A stretch of 64,000 nucleotides of DNA from contig CAZBPY010000002.1 of assembly GCA_964493895.1 (NCBI GenBank), positions 67,351 through 131,350 of the forward strand. The letters run 5' to 3'. Origin of the DNA: an uncultured Candidatus Saccharibacteria bacterium. Its GTDB lineage: Bacteria; Patescibacteriota; Saccharimonadia; Saccharimonadales; JAGQNJ01. Under the pieces are notes generated by a model, which saw only the letters and a list, made by a program, of their open reading frames with translations, did not search any database and was not told where the DNA came from. This document shows, one piece after another, positions 35,383 to 43,983 of this stretch. Both the position numbers and the translations under genes were made by a program. How positions within the stretch are numbered: position 1 is the stretch's first letter; each line of letters starts with the position of its first letter.

Positions 35383-35735
35383 TTGTCGTCTCCCTTGTCT
35401 TTCTCTTCTTCAGCCGACTCTTCGACCTTAGCCGGTTTTTCAGTCACTTCTTTGACAGCTACTTCAGCTTCAACTTTCAAATCTTCATCGCGCAAGCGCG
35501 GCTTTTCAATGATTTTTAGCAGTTCAAAGCGCTTCCGAGCACTGCGCGGCCGAGTCTCAACAATCGCCACCTTATCCCCTGTTGTAGCCTCGTTTTTCTC
35601 GTCATGAGCCAGGAACTTCTTGGAAAAGGAGTACTGCTTTTTATACAGCGGATGGGTCTTTCGAGTAGTCACAGTCACGGTGATAGTCTTGTCAGCCTTG
35701 TCGCTGCTGACAATCCCGATTAGTTGCTTAGCCAT
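35379..35735 (-). CDS. rpsQ: 30S ribosomal protein S17 with acidic C-terminal tail
   Basis: 118-aa ORF with an S17 core ([27 protein letters not shown]). Confidence 0.94.
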   Translation of the reverse strand: MAKQLIGIVSSDKADKTITVTVTTRKTHPLYKKQYSFSKKFLAHDEKNEATTGDKVAIVETRPRSARKRFELLKIIEKPRLRDEDLKVEAEVAVKEVTEKPAKVEESAEEEKDKGDDK

Positions 35736-35935
35736 TATTTGGCCTCCTTTGCTAGTTGCTCAGCCAAAACAGTCAACATTCGAGCCAAATCTTTACGTTT
35801 ATTGCGGATTGCCCGAGTATTTTGCATGTCGCCAAGAGCCATTTTCTGGCGCAGCTCGGCAATTTCCTCACGCAGCTTGGTAACGTCTTTAGTCAGTTGA
35901 GCGGTTGAAATCTTGCGGATATCAGCTACTTTCAT
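35735..35935 (-). CDS. rpmC: 50S ribosomal protein L29
   Basis: 66-aa ORF between rplP and rpsQ. Confidence 0.93.
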   Translation of the reverse strand: MKVADIRKISTAQLTKDVTKLREEIAELRQKMALGDMQNTRAIRNKRKDLARMLTVLAEQLAKEAK

Positions 35936-36354
35936 GACTCACCTCCGCCTTCACGGATCAGAAACCTGGTTTTGACCGGTAATTTGTGAGCGGCCAAGCG
36001 CATTGCTTCGCGAGCAGTCTCTTCGTCAACGCCCTGCATTTCAAACATAACGGTGCCCGGGCGAACCTTAGCCACAAAGAACTCTGGATTCCCCTTACCG
36101 CTACCCATTTTGACATCCTGGGGCTTGCGTGTAACAGGGGTGTGAGGAAAAATTCGAATCCAAATCTTACCGCCGCGTTTGATGTAGCGAGTCATGGCCT
36201 GGCGAGCCGATTCGATCTGACGAGATGTGACTCGTTCGGAACTTTGGGCCTGCAGAGCGTACTGGCCAAAGGCTACCGTCGTGCCGCGCGAAGCTACGCC
36301 GCGTATCTTGCCCTTCATGACCTTTCGGTACTTAGTTTTCTTCGGCAACAACAT
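35932..36354 (-). CDS. rplP: 50S ribosomal protein L16
   Basis: 140-aa ORF beginning [19 protein letters not shown]. Confidence 0.96.
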   Translation of the reverse strand: MLLPKKTKYRKVMKGKIRGVASRGTTVAFGQYALQAQSSERVTSRQIESARQAMTRYIKRGGKIWIRIFPHTPVTRKPQDVKMGSGKGNPEFFVAKVRPGTVMFEMQGVDEETAREAMRLAAHKLPVKTRFLIREGGGES

Positions 36355-36355
36355 T

Positions 36356-36985
36356 TTAGGCTACCTCTCCTTTGTAGATCCAAACTTTAATACCGATAAT
36401 GCCAGCCGGTGTCTGAGCCGGAACGTAAGCATAGTCAATATCAGCTCGCAAGGTATGAAGCGGCACACTGCCGGCAATTTCCTTCTCGCGCCTAGCCATT
36501 TCGGCTCCGTTTAAACGGCCAGATACTTCGATGCGAATACCCTTGGCGCCGGAGCGCATAGTCGCCGCCGAGGCAGACTTAATAGCCCGGCGGAAAGAAA
36601 TTCGTCGTTGCAGTTGGAAAGCAATGTTTTCTGCTACCAATTTGGCGTATAGTTCAGGCTTTTTAACTTCTTCAATGTTGACGCGAACCGGCACTTTGTA
36701 GATTTTCTCGATATCAGTCTTTAGTTCTTGAGCACCAGAACCACCGCGGCCAATGACCACACCAGCCTTGGCGGTCACAATTGTCACAGTAACCAAGTTA
36801 GGCGACCGTTCGATGTCTACCTTGTTGATAGCCGCTCTTGTACCCAATTTAGTGTCAATCAATTTACGAACCGCCAGATCCTCTTTTAGGTAGGTAGCGT
36901 AGTCGCGCCGGTTAGCAAACCACTTGCTGCGCCAGTCTTTGTTAACTTGAAGGCGCATACTAATTGGATTAACTTTTTGACCCAT
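36356..36985 (-). CDS. rpsC: 30S ribosomal protein S3
   Basis: 209-aa ORF beginning [24 protein letters not shown]. Confidence 0.96.
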   Translation of the reverse strand: MGQKVNPISMRLQVNKDWRSKWFANRRDYATYLKEDLAVRKLIDTKLGTRAAINKVDIERSPNLVTVTIVTAKAGVVIGRGGSGAQELKTDIEKIYKVPVRVNIEEVKKPELYAKLVAENIAFQLQRRISFRRAIKSASAATMRSGAKGIRIEVSGRLNGAEMARREKEIAGSVPLHTLRADIDYAYVPAQTPAGIIGIKVWIYKGEVA

Positions 36986-37377
36986 TACTTGGCCTCCTTC
37001 TTAGCGGATGCATTAGCTTTGGCCGCTGGTTTCTTAACGGATCGTTTTTCACCGTCAACAACGACACGAATATGTGAACTTTTCAGTTGATATGCCAACG
37101 CTCGGCCTCTGGCCGCCGGTCGGTAGCGCTTTAATCTGGCACCTGGTGTTACAGAAATCTCGGTAATCATTAGGCTGTCAGGCTTCAGGCCGTGGTTCTT
37201 CTCAGCATTAGCTTTAGCCGAAGTGATAGTTCGCCGAATTGGCTCAGCACTGCGCCGCGGAGTGTGCTCTAATATAGTCAAGGCATCATTAACCGACTGG
37301 CCGCGGACCAAAGCCGCTACCACGCCCACTTTTCGTGGACTCATGCGAACTCCTTTGGCTATGGCTTGCACGCTCAT
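36985..37377 (-). CDS. rplV: 50S ribosomal protein L22 with Lys/Ala C-terminal tail
   Basis: 130-aa ORF between rpsS and rpsC. Confidence 0.95.
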   Translation of the reverse strand: MSVQAIAKGVRMSPRKVGVVAALVRGQSVNDALTILEHTPRRSAEPIRRTITSAKANAEKNHGLKPDSLMITEISVTPGARLKRYRPAARGRALAYQLKSSHIRVVVDGEKRSVKKPAAKANASAKKEAK

Positions 37378-37652
37378 TATTTTTGTCCTTTCGCTAGCTT
37401 ACCGCCGTGTGATCGGAATTTTCTAGTCGGCGCAAATTCGCCCAGTTTATGCCCAACCATATTCTCTGAAATAAACACCGGCACATGAACTTTGCCGTTG
37501 TGTACAGCAATAGTTTTACCAACAAATTCCGGCGCAATTGTCGACGCCCGCGCCCAAGTCTTAACGATGGTGCGATCTTCAGCACCCAAAGCAGCCACCT
37601 TCTTAGCTAACTTTGGATCTACAAACGGTCCTTTCTTCAAAGACCTACTCAT
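37377..37652 (-). CDS. rpsS: 30S ribosomal protein S19
   Basis: 91-aa ORF beginning [15 protein letters not shown], with [10 protein letters not shown]. Confidence 0.96.
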   Translation of the reverse strand: MSRSLKKGPFVDPKLAKKVAALGAEDRTIVKTWARASTIAPEFVGKTIAVHNGKVHVPVFISENMVGHKLGEFAPTRKFRSHGGKLAKGQK

Positions 37653-37969
37653 ACAGTGGCTCCTTCAAGTACCCGAATCTGCATTGCTAGACGCGCTACG
37701 TCATTATAGCCTGAGCGTAGATTGTTCTGCTCCTTCTGATCAAGTGGTGGTTCGACACTCTCAACAAAAGCTCGTAGATCAACTTCGCCGCCTTCTAGAG
37801 CTCTGCCGCCAATCAAAATCCCAAGCGTACGGAATTCGGCATGGTGTCCATAATCGCCATCCCAACTGCGACGATGTGTTGCACGAGCAGTCTCCACTGC
37901 CTCCGGCCAATCATCACCAGGGATAATCTTAACAGAACTCGTGTCAAACTTTGCTACATTAGTAATCAT
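37649..37969 (-). CDS. hypothetical 106-aa protein inserted between rplB and rpsS (P106, LEGGE family)
   Basis: ATG 37969 lies 1 nt after the rplB stop, with AGAGG SD inside the rplB 3' end, and the stop overlaps the rpsS ATG (ATGA). The ORF-track 154-aa form would overlap rplB. Confidence 0.7.
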   Translation of the reverse strand: MITNVAKFDTSSVKIIPGDDWPEAVETARATHRRSWDGDYGHHAEFRTLGILIGGRALEGGEVDLRAFVESVEPPLDQKEQNNLRSGYNDVARLAMQIRVLEGATV

Positions 37970-37970
37970 C

Positions 37971-38807
37971 TTAACGCCTCTTTCCTTCATGTCGACTGCG
38001 GACAATAAACTTATTAGAAACTTTTCGCCGGCGGGTCTTGTACCCCAGAGTCTTCTGCCCCCAAGGTGTACGCGGATCTTTACCGACACCATGTGAACCA
38101 CCATCACCACCACCGTGCGGGTGATCGGCTGCGTTCATAACTACACCACGAACTGATGGCCGAAATCCTAGGTGTCGCTTGCGGCCGGCCGAACCAATCT
38201 TGATATTCTGATGCTGAACATTGCCTACGGCGCCAATACTGGCAGTGCAAGTAACATGGATCATCCGGATTTCGCCGCTTGGCAATTTGATTTGGGCATA
38301 GTCTCCTTCGCGGGCAGTCAATTGTGCGCTAGCCCCGGCGCTGCGCACCATTTGAGCGCCCTTGCCAGGTTGCAATTCAAGGCTGTGAATAACACTTCCA
38401 ACGGGGATATTTTTCAGTGGCAAGCGATTCCCAGGCTCAATCGGTGCCTCATCATTAGCTTCAAGAGTTTGGCCAACTTTCATGTTCTGAGCCGCCAAAA
38501 TGTAGTGATACACGCCTTTGTCATCCTTTATCCGGGCTATGTGTGCGCTGCGGTTCGGGTCATACTCAATAGCCTCAATTGTTGCCTTGGTGCCGGGCGT
38601 CAATTTGAAGTCAATCACGCGGTAAAACCGCTTGGCACCGCCGCCGCGGTGACGAGTAGTAATCCGCCCTTGATTGTTGCGGCCATTGGTTCGAGTCTTG
38701 ACTCGTGTCAACGACTTCAGCGGTCGCTTGGCCGTCACTTCAGAGAAATCCTGGGTAGTCATGCCGCGGCGGGCTGGAGTGGTTGGCTTGTATTTAGTAA
38801 CCGCCAT
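37971..38807 (-). CDS. rplB: 50S ribosomal protein L2
   Basis: 278-aa ORF with ADHPHGGGDGG and a complete basic C-terminus. Confidence 0.96.
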   Translation of the reverse strand: MAVTKYKPTTPARRGMTTQDFSEVTAKRPLKSLTRVKTRTNGRNNQGRITTRHRGGGAKRFYRVIDFKLTPGTKATIEAIEYDPNRSAHIARIKDDKGVYHYILAAQNMKVGQTLEANDEAPIEPGNRLPLKNIPVGSVIHSLELQPGKGAQMVRSAGASAQLTAREGDYAQIKLPSGEIRMIHVTCTASIGAVGNVQHQNIKIGSAGRKRHLGFRPSVRGVVMNAADHPHGGGDGGSHGVGKDPRTPWGQKTLGYKTRRRKVSNKFIVRSRHEGKRR

Positions 38808-38809
38808 GA

Positions 38810-39268
38810 TTATTTACCTCCGCCTTTCTGTTGAACTTGCCGTGGAGCCCGTCCCAAAGCCTGGCGCAATCGTCCGCCCTTTTTCGGAGCCTCTTTTTTC
38901 TCTGTTGTCTCGGCGGCAGCTTTCTCAGCAGCTTTCTTGACAGCCTTGGACATGACAGTCTCTTTCGGCTCTTCGTTGGCTTCAAAAATTGCGATTTTGT
39001 CGCCGGTTTTTAGGCGAACATAAGCCTTCTTCATATTGGCGCGGCGACCTTCAATTGACCGCTGCCGCTTGCGGTAAGATTTCTTAGCTTTGCCCTTAAC
39101 AACACTCAAGCGGACATCTTCGACAGTCACCTTGAATTGTTCGGCAACAGCTGCGCTGACCAGGGCCTTATTTGCCGTAATTGGCACCTCAAAGACAAAG
39201 GTGTTTAAGTCCTGGCTGGTGGCGTAAGCCTTTTCACTCATTCGCGGTCTGAGAGGTAAAGTTTTCAT
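38810..39268 (-). CDS. rplW: 50S ribosomal protein L23 with ~55-aa Lys/Ala/Glu C-terminal extension
   Basis: 152-aa ORF with an L23 core in the first ~95 aa, in S10-operon order. Confidence 0.93.
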   Translation of the reverse strand: MKTLPLRPRMSEKAYATSQDLNTFVFEVPITANKALVSAAVAEQFKVTVEDVRLSVVKGKAKKSYRKRQRSIEGRRANMKKAYVRLKTGDKIAIFEANEEPKETVMSKAVKKAAEKAAAETTEKKEAPKKGGRLRQALGRAPRQVQQKGGGK

Positions 39269-39900
39269 TATTTAGCACCTCCCAGCCAATCATGCACAAT
39301 ATCAAGTGCTTTTCGTGTAAATACAATGCAATTACTGTTAATTACATCGTAAACATTGACATATTTAGCCTGAACCAGCGTTACGTACGGCAAGTTTCGT
39401 GTGGATCGCTCGATCAATTTATCTTTGGTGTCAACTACCAGCAAGACGTTACGATCTGCCCCTAATTTAGACAATAATTTAGCAGTGGCAGCCGTTTTAG
39501 CCTCTTTATTATCAAAAGATTCGATGACGATGATGTTGTCCGATTTCAGACTTAGAGCTTGGCGCAAAGCCTGACGCCTGGCAGTAGTACTAAGCTTTTT
39601 AGCGTAATTCTCATTGCCGGTTGGGCCAAAAGTGATACCGCCGCCGCGCCATAGTGGGCTGCGAATAGAGCCAGCTCGGGCGTTGCCAGTACCTTTCTGG
39701 CGCCATGGCTTACGGCCGCCGCCGCGGACTTCGCCGCGCAATTTGACATGAGCCGAACCCACACGGGCCTGGGCTAAATAAGCGTCGTAAGCCAGCCTCA
39801 ATAGCTCGTGATTATCCACCTCTAGGCCAAACACCGACTTATCCAGCTTGGCTGGAGTTGAAGCTTTGGCTCCCGACTTAGTAAAAGTAGCGACTGGCAT
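39268..39900 (-). CDS. rplD: 50S ribosomal protein L4
   Basis: 210-aa ORF with GGGRKPWRQKGTGNARAGSIRSPLWRGGG. Confidence 0.96.
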   Translation of the reverse strand: MPVATFTKSGAKASTPAKLDKSVFGLEVDNHELLRLAYDAYLAQARVGSAHVKLRGEVRGGGRKPWRQKGTGNARAGSIRSPLWRGGGITFGPTGNENYAKKLSTTARRQALRQALSLKSDNIIVIESFDNKEAKTAATAKLLSKLGADRNVLLVVDTKDKLIERSTRNLPYVTLVQAKYVNVYDVINSNCIVFTRKALDIVHDWLGGAK

Positions 39901-39903
39901 AAC

Positions 39904-40527
39904 TTATCCCTTAACTCCCTTTACTAAAACGATAGATTTTCGTGGTCCGGGGACGGCGCCGGTAACACCAATTAAGTTTCGCTCGGTGTCGACTAAAGCC
40001 ACTTTAAGATTCTTAACTGTGACGCGCTCATGTCCCAATTGACCAGCCATTTTCTTACCTTTAAAAATTTTCTGCGGGTACATTGATCCGATTGAACCAA
40101 CTTTGCGAGTATTACCTTTGCCACCGTGCGTTTTGCGCTGGCGATGAAAATTGTGCCGCTTGATAGTGCCGGCAAAACCCTTACCCTTGCTGGTACCGAT
40201 GACATCAACGGTGTCACCAACAGAAAAAGAATCGGCCGCTAGTTTGGCGCCGATCTTCATGTCTTCTGAAAGCTCATCAATACGGAATTCTCGAATAATC
40301 TTGGCCTCGGTCTTGGAACCTTTCAGGTGTCCACTCAATGGCTTGACCAAGTGCTTAGCCGTTTCAAAGCCAACTTGTAGGGCGTTATAGCCGTCCTTTT
40401 CATCACTTTTCACCTGGGTAACAGTGTTTGGTGTGGCAGACAGTAAAGTCACAGCCTGAACTGTACCGTCCTCGTTGATGGTACTGGTCATGCCAATTTT
40501 TCTGGTGATTAGAGATTTAACATCCAC
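39904..40527 (-). CDS. rplC: 50S ribosomal protein L3
   Basis: 207-aa ORF with a GTG start and FAGTIKRHNFHRQRKTHG. Confidence 0.95.
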   Translation of the reverse strand: MDVKSLITRKIGMTSTINEDGTVQAVTLLSATPNTVTQVKSDEKDGYNALQVGFETAKHLVKPLSGHLKGSKTEAKIIREFRIDELSEDMKIGAKLAADSFSVGDTVDVIGTSKGKGFAGTIKRHNFHRQRKTHGGKGNTRKVGSIGSMYPQKIFKGKKMAGQLGHERVTVKNLKVALVDTERNLIGVTGAVPGPRKSIVLVKGVKG

Positions 40528-40570
40528 TATTTGTACTTCCTATATCTGGTCGAAGTTTTAGGTTCGACAT

Positions 40571-40689
40571 AAAAACACTCGGTTACCGGTGGTTTTTACC
40601 TCTGTAAGGACTAAGGTAAACCTGCCTCAAAGTAACCAAGATTTAATAGATACCAATACAGATTAGCAGAAAACGCGCACCCCTGTCAA
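40571..40689 (-). promoter_or_regulatory. candidate rplC-operon promoter and terminator-like leader hairpin
   Basis: TTGACA-18nt-TGcTAATCT lies at 40689..40660. Nested stems GGTTAC/GTAACC and GGTTTACC/GGTAAAAACC are followed by gagTGTTTTT (40637..40571). Confidence 0.3.
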
Positions 40690-40702
40690 TATGTTGTATA
40701 TT

Positions 40703-40960
40703 CTACAAATTGATAAAGATGCCGATGGGCGCCCAAAAGCCTACTAACATAGCGATAAGCAATACAGCATATTCAATTTTTCGGTCAATTTTGAAATGAT
40801 CATGCCCAGCTAAAAATATACCCAGTATAAAGCCCACCGGAATAGGCACTTGCCATGAATGTCCGTCGCTAACTTTAAGCCAGAGCGACCCCAGCACCAA
40901 GAACAGAACAAGTTTTAGAATATAGCCTTCATCAGAGTTTTTTGATTTTTGTTTAGCCAT
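40703..40960 (-). CDS. small 3-TM membrane protein (P88) between rpsJ and rplC
   Basis: ATG 40960 lies 7 nt after TGcTATAAT (leaderless-type). The protein is hydrophobic (LVLFLVLGSLWL, VGFILGIFLAG, VLLIAMLVGFWAPIGIF). Confidence 0.6.
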   Translation of the reverse strand: MAKQKSKNSDEGYILKLVLFLVLGSLWLKVSDGHSWQVPIPVGFILGIFLAGHDHFKIDRKIEYAVLLIAMLVGFWAPIGIFINL

Positions 40961-40967
40961 TAGAGCC

Positions 40968-40976
40968 ATTATAGCA
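40968..40976 (-). promoter_or_regulatory. extended -10 promoter TGcTATAAT for P88
   Basis: Read on the minus strand, 7 nt before the ATG, with no SD. Confidence 0.45.
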
Positions 40977-41052
40977 GCTTGGACCCGCCGATTTCTTTAG
41001 GTTTTTCTCCGCTAAGTTCTGATGGGGTGGGAAGTATCATGATTTAAAATCT

Positions 41053-41403
41053 TTACATCTTAATTTCGGCGTCACAACCTGCCGGCAGCGACAGATTCAT
41101 TAACGAATCAATTGTTTTTGGGGTTGGTTCCAGTACATCAATCAATCGCTTATGAATACGCATCTCAAACTGCTCACGACCCTTTTTGTATTGAGCCGGA
41201 CTTTTGACGACAGTGTAAACTGTGCGCTTTGTCGGCAATGGAATTGGGCCAGCAATCTGAGCCCCATTCCTTAGAGCCGTATCAACAATTTGTTTGGTAG
41301 CTTGATCAATAACTTTGTGATCGTAAGCCTTAAGGCGAATTCGAATTCGCTGACTAGTTGAAGCAGTGGCCTTGGCTGCTTCTGATTTCTTGGCTTCCGC
41401 CAT
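41053..41403 (-). CDS. rpsJ: 30S ribosomal protein S10 (short N-terminal extension)
   Basis: The start is moved to ATG 41403 (AAGGAG SD). S10 core: [26 protein letters not shown]. Confidence 0.95.
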   Translation of the reverse strand: MAEAKKSEAAKATASTSQRIRIRLKAYDHKVIDQATKQIVDTALRNGAQIAGPIPLPTKRTVYTVVKSPAQYKKGREQFEMRIHKRLIDVLEPTPKTIDSLMNLSLPAGCDAEIKM

Positions 41404-41491
41404 TCTATCTCCTTTGTGATGTAACATCTCCCGAGCCGCTATAAAGAACGACAGAGGCGACTTTTAGTCATCACCATTAATTTACTGCCAT

Positions 41492-41500
41492 ATTATAGCA
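41492..41500 (-). promoter_or_regulatory. extended -10 promoter TGcTATAAT upstream of rpsJ
   Basis: About 90 nt upstream of the rpsJ ATG. No good -35. Confidence 0.35.
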
Positions 41501-41585
41501 TGAAGCCACTCTTCAGGCTAGATCGTCTTGTCAACCTTAAAATCAAACATTTGGTGTATCTTTTTGATATCATCCTCACCAGTGA

Positions 41586-42053
41586 TTATTCAATAATTGG
41601 CAATGACTGACTGACCGATTTCATAGCTGAAATTTTTCTTTCGGTCATCCCCCAAAAGTGTTGTGCATTTCCATCCTCTAGCCAGTCTACGGTTGGTTGA
41701 AGTGTTCCCAAAACAAGAAGACTGGGCTTATATGTATATCGGCCATTCCATCCGCCATAAATAAACCTGGTCGGTATGTCTTCAGCAACTGGAAAATTTT
41801 CAGAAAGGCGGCGATACCTATTGAACAAATCTACCAATGTGCCCCATACAACACTGGCAAACAGCGGAGTTTCATCGGCATTGTCAATAGCTGCTGTTCT
41901 AAATTCTTCCCTAGTTATTACATCCGGTCTAGTTGCACTAAGTAACCCAGTTGTACCATCATATTCAACTTCAAAGCCAAGACGATTAACAAGGCCCTCG
42001 ATATAGCCCTGCTCCTGAGGTGTAACACGTCCGTTAAACTCAATACCCCGCAT
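41586..42053 (-). CDS. hypothetical protein (P161/155 aa) between tuf and rpsJ
   Basis: ATG 42053 has AAGGAA SD, while the ORF-track GTG is at 42071. GC looks lower than in the flanking genes (by eye). Confidence 0.7.
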   Translation of the reverse strand: MRGIEFNGRVTPQEQGYIEGLVNRLGFEVEYDGTTGLLSATRPDVITREEFRTAAIDNADETPLFASVVWGTLVDLFNRYRRLSENFPVAEDIPTRFIYGGWNGRYTYKPSLLVLGTLQPTVDWLEDGNAQHFWGMTERKISAMKSVSQSLPIIE

Positions 42054-42082
42054 TGTCTGTTCCTTGTCCACTAATCACAGAT

Positions 42083-42091
42083 ATTATACCA
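42083..42091 (-). promoter_or_regulatory. extended -10 promoter TGgTATAAT for P161
   Basis: Lies immediately downstream of the tuf hairpin. Confidence 0.4.
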
Positions 42092-42096
42092 TAACC

Positions 42097-42125
42097 AAAC
42101 GAGCTCTTCTGGCGAGAGCTCGTTT
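42097..42125 (-). terminator. terminator-like hairpin after tuf
   Basis: An 11-bp perfect stem AAACGAGCTCT/AGAGCTCGTTT with a 7-nt loop. The U-tract is weak (TTTGGTTAT). Confidence 0.45.
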
Positions 42126-42145
42126 TGCAATCTAGTAGTTGCGAA

Positions 42146-43327
42146 TTACTTGGTAATTTTAGTAACCACGCCGGCGCCGACAGTTCGGCCGCCTTCACGA
42201 ATGGCGAAACGTTGACCTTGGTCCATGGCAATAGGCTGGATCAGCTTAACCTTGAAGGTTACGGTATCGCCAGGCATAACCATCTCTTTGTCGGCTGGCA
42301 ACTCAACCTCTCCCGTAACATCGGTAGTTCGGAAGTAGAACTGCGGCTTGTAGCCCTTGAAGAATGGCGTATGTCGTCCGCCTTCGTCTTTGTTTAGAAC
42401 ATAAACTTCGGCGTCGAACTCAGTGTGCGGAGTGATTGAACCGGGCTTGGCGATAACCTGACCACGCTCAATATCATCACGTTCTATACCTCGAAGCAAG
42501 ATACCAGCGTTGTCACCGGCTTGACCTTGGTCAAGATTCTTCTTGAAGGCCTCAATACCAGTCACAGTAGACTTCTGAGTATCCTTCAATCCAACAATTT
42601 CAACTTCGTCGTTAAGCTTAACAACACCTGTCTCGATACGACCGGTAGCAACCGTACCTCGACCCTTGATTGAGAAGACGTCTTCAATAGCCATTAGGAA
42701 AGGCTTGTCCATGTCACGCTTTGGCTCTTCGATGTAGTCATCCATAGCCTTAACCAATTCCATGACGGCATCTTCGTTGGCTGCGTCACCTTCAAGAGCC
42801 TTAGTAGCAGAACCCTTGATAATTGGCGCGTTTTCGTCGAAGTCATTCTTAGCAAGCAATTCGCGGATATCCATTTCAACTAGCTCAACTAGTTCAGGAT
42901 CGGCGAGATCCATCTTGTTCATAAACACGATAATTTTTGGTACACCAACTTGCTTGGCCAATAGAACGTGCTCGCGAGTTTGCGGCATAGGACCATCAGC
43001 TGCTGAAACAACTAGAATTGCCCCGTCAACCTGAGCCGCACCGGTAATCATGTTCTTAACGTAGTCGGCGTGACCGGGCATGTCGACGTGAGCATAGTGA
43101 CGCTTGTCAGACTCATACTCCTGGTGAGAAGTAGCAATGGTGATACCGCGAGCCTTTTCCTCTGGAGCCTTGTCAATCTCGTCATAATTGACTTTTTTGT
43201 TAACTTCGCTTGGCAACTTCTTAGCCAAGACCGATGTGATAGCCGCTGTTAAGGTCGTCTTACCGTGGTCAACGTGACCCATGGTTCCGACGTTTACATG
43301 AGGCTTACTTCTGTCAAAATCTGCCAT
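42146..43327 (-). CDS. tuf: elongation factor Tu
   Basis: The start is moved to ATG 43327 ([29 protein letters not shown]). Confidence 0.97.
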   Translation of the reverse strand: MADFDRSKPHVNVGTMGHVDHGKTTLTAAITSVLAKKLPSEVNKKVNYDEIDKAPEEKARGITIATSHQEYESDKRHYAHVDMPGHADYVKNMITGAAQVDGAILVVSAADGPMPQTREHVLLAKQVGVPKIIVFMNKMDLADPELVELVEMDIRELLAKNDFDENAPIIKGSATKALEGDAANEDAVMELVKAMDDYIEEPKRDMDKPFLMAIEDVFSIKGRGTVATGRIETGVVKLNDEVEIVGLKDTQKSTVTGIEAFKKNLDQGQAGDNAGILLRGIERDDIERGQVIAKPGSITPHTEFDAEVYVLNKDEGGRHTPFFKGYKPQFYFRTTDVTGEVELPADKEMVMPGDTVTFKVKLIQPIAMDQGQRFAIREGGRTVGAGVVTKITK

Positions 43328-43403
43328 TAGTTTATTTCCTTCTTTAAAACTTATTATTCTTTTCGCACACTCGAGCAACGCCCCCTATGCGAGATACTTA
43401 AGT

Positions 43404-43431
43404 ATTTTAGCTAATTGCTCGGGGTTTGTAA
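43404..43431 (-). promoter_or_regulatory. candidate tuf promoter
   Basis: TTACAA-16nt-TAAAAT. The -10 overlaps the 12-bp palindrome ATACTTAAGTAT (43394..43405). Confidence 0.4.
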
Positions 43432-43436
43432 AGAGG

Positions 43437-43676
43437 TTAAGATTGCCAATCTTCACCTATTGCCTCGCGCCCTAAACTTTTAAGAATCTCGGCTAAACTT
43501 CGATCAGCTAATTCAAAACGCTCATCCAGAATTTGATACACAGGATCATTCATTAATACTGAACCGGATTTATCACTGCGTAGCACATATGATGCCAATT
43601 CGGCACTGGCTTGGCGAAACTGACCAACAGTTTCGGTTCGTGATTCTTCTAGAGAAAGGTAGGGAGTTTGTGTCAT
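43437..43676 (-). CDS. small acidic helical protein (P79)
   Basis: 79-aa ORF starting 20 nt after the P94 stop. I recognise no family. Confidence 0.55.
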   Translation of the reverse strand: MTQTPYLSLEESRTETVGQFRQASAELASYVLRSDKSGSVLMNDPVYQILDERFELADRSLAEILKSLGREAIGEDWQS

Positions 43677-43696
43677 AAATTTAACAAATTCTTATC

Positions 43697-43981
43697 TTAT
43701 ATTCCTTCAATCTGGTCGCCAATATTGCCGTCTTCTAGGTGTGGAGGAGGAGTCAGATTAGCCGCCTCCCCGCTGCCACGGACGAATACCTCATCTCCTT
43801 CTAGATGACTGCCTATCCGATCAAAGGTTTCTCTTAGAGCAGTATTTCCTACTCCGGCCAAAAATTGGCCGCGGCTTTGCCTTGCTCTTTCAATAAGTTG
43901 TTGCCAGACACTACGGCGCGGCAAGGGTTGGGCATCATCGTCCCAATCAATCACTTCATCTGACGATATTCTCTCTACCAT
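43697..43981 (-). CDS. small acidic protein (P94), LEGGE family
   Basis: Starts 2 nt after the fusA stop. It shares DW..RRS.W, LEGDEV.VR (LEG at residues 60-62) and PP motifs with P106. Confidence 0.65.
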   Translation of the reverse strand: MVERISSDEVIDWDDDAQPLPRRSVWQQLIERARQSRGQFLAGVGNTALRETFDRIGSHLEGDEVFVRGSGEAANLTPPPHLEDGNIGDQIEGI

Positions 43982-43983
43982 AA

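Noticed and set aside
37970-38113. N-terminal 48 codons of the 154-aa ORF-track version of P106
   Set aside because: They would overlap the rplB 3' end out of frame. An internal ATG with an SD sits exactly after the rplB stop.
38172-38834. 220-aa plus-strand ORF
   Set aside because: It lies entirely antisense to rplB, whose product is unmistakable, so it is a shadow ORF with a low-complexity translation.
43437-43981. P94/P79 as a toxin-antitoxin pair
   Set aside because: Both are acidic, with no recognisable toxin fold or DNA-binding antitoxin motif. P94 is tightly coupled to fusA and has paralogues inside ribosomal operons.
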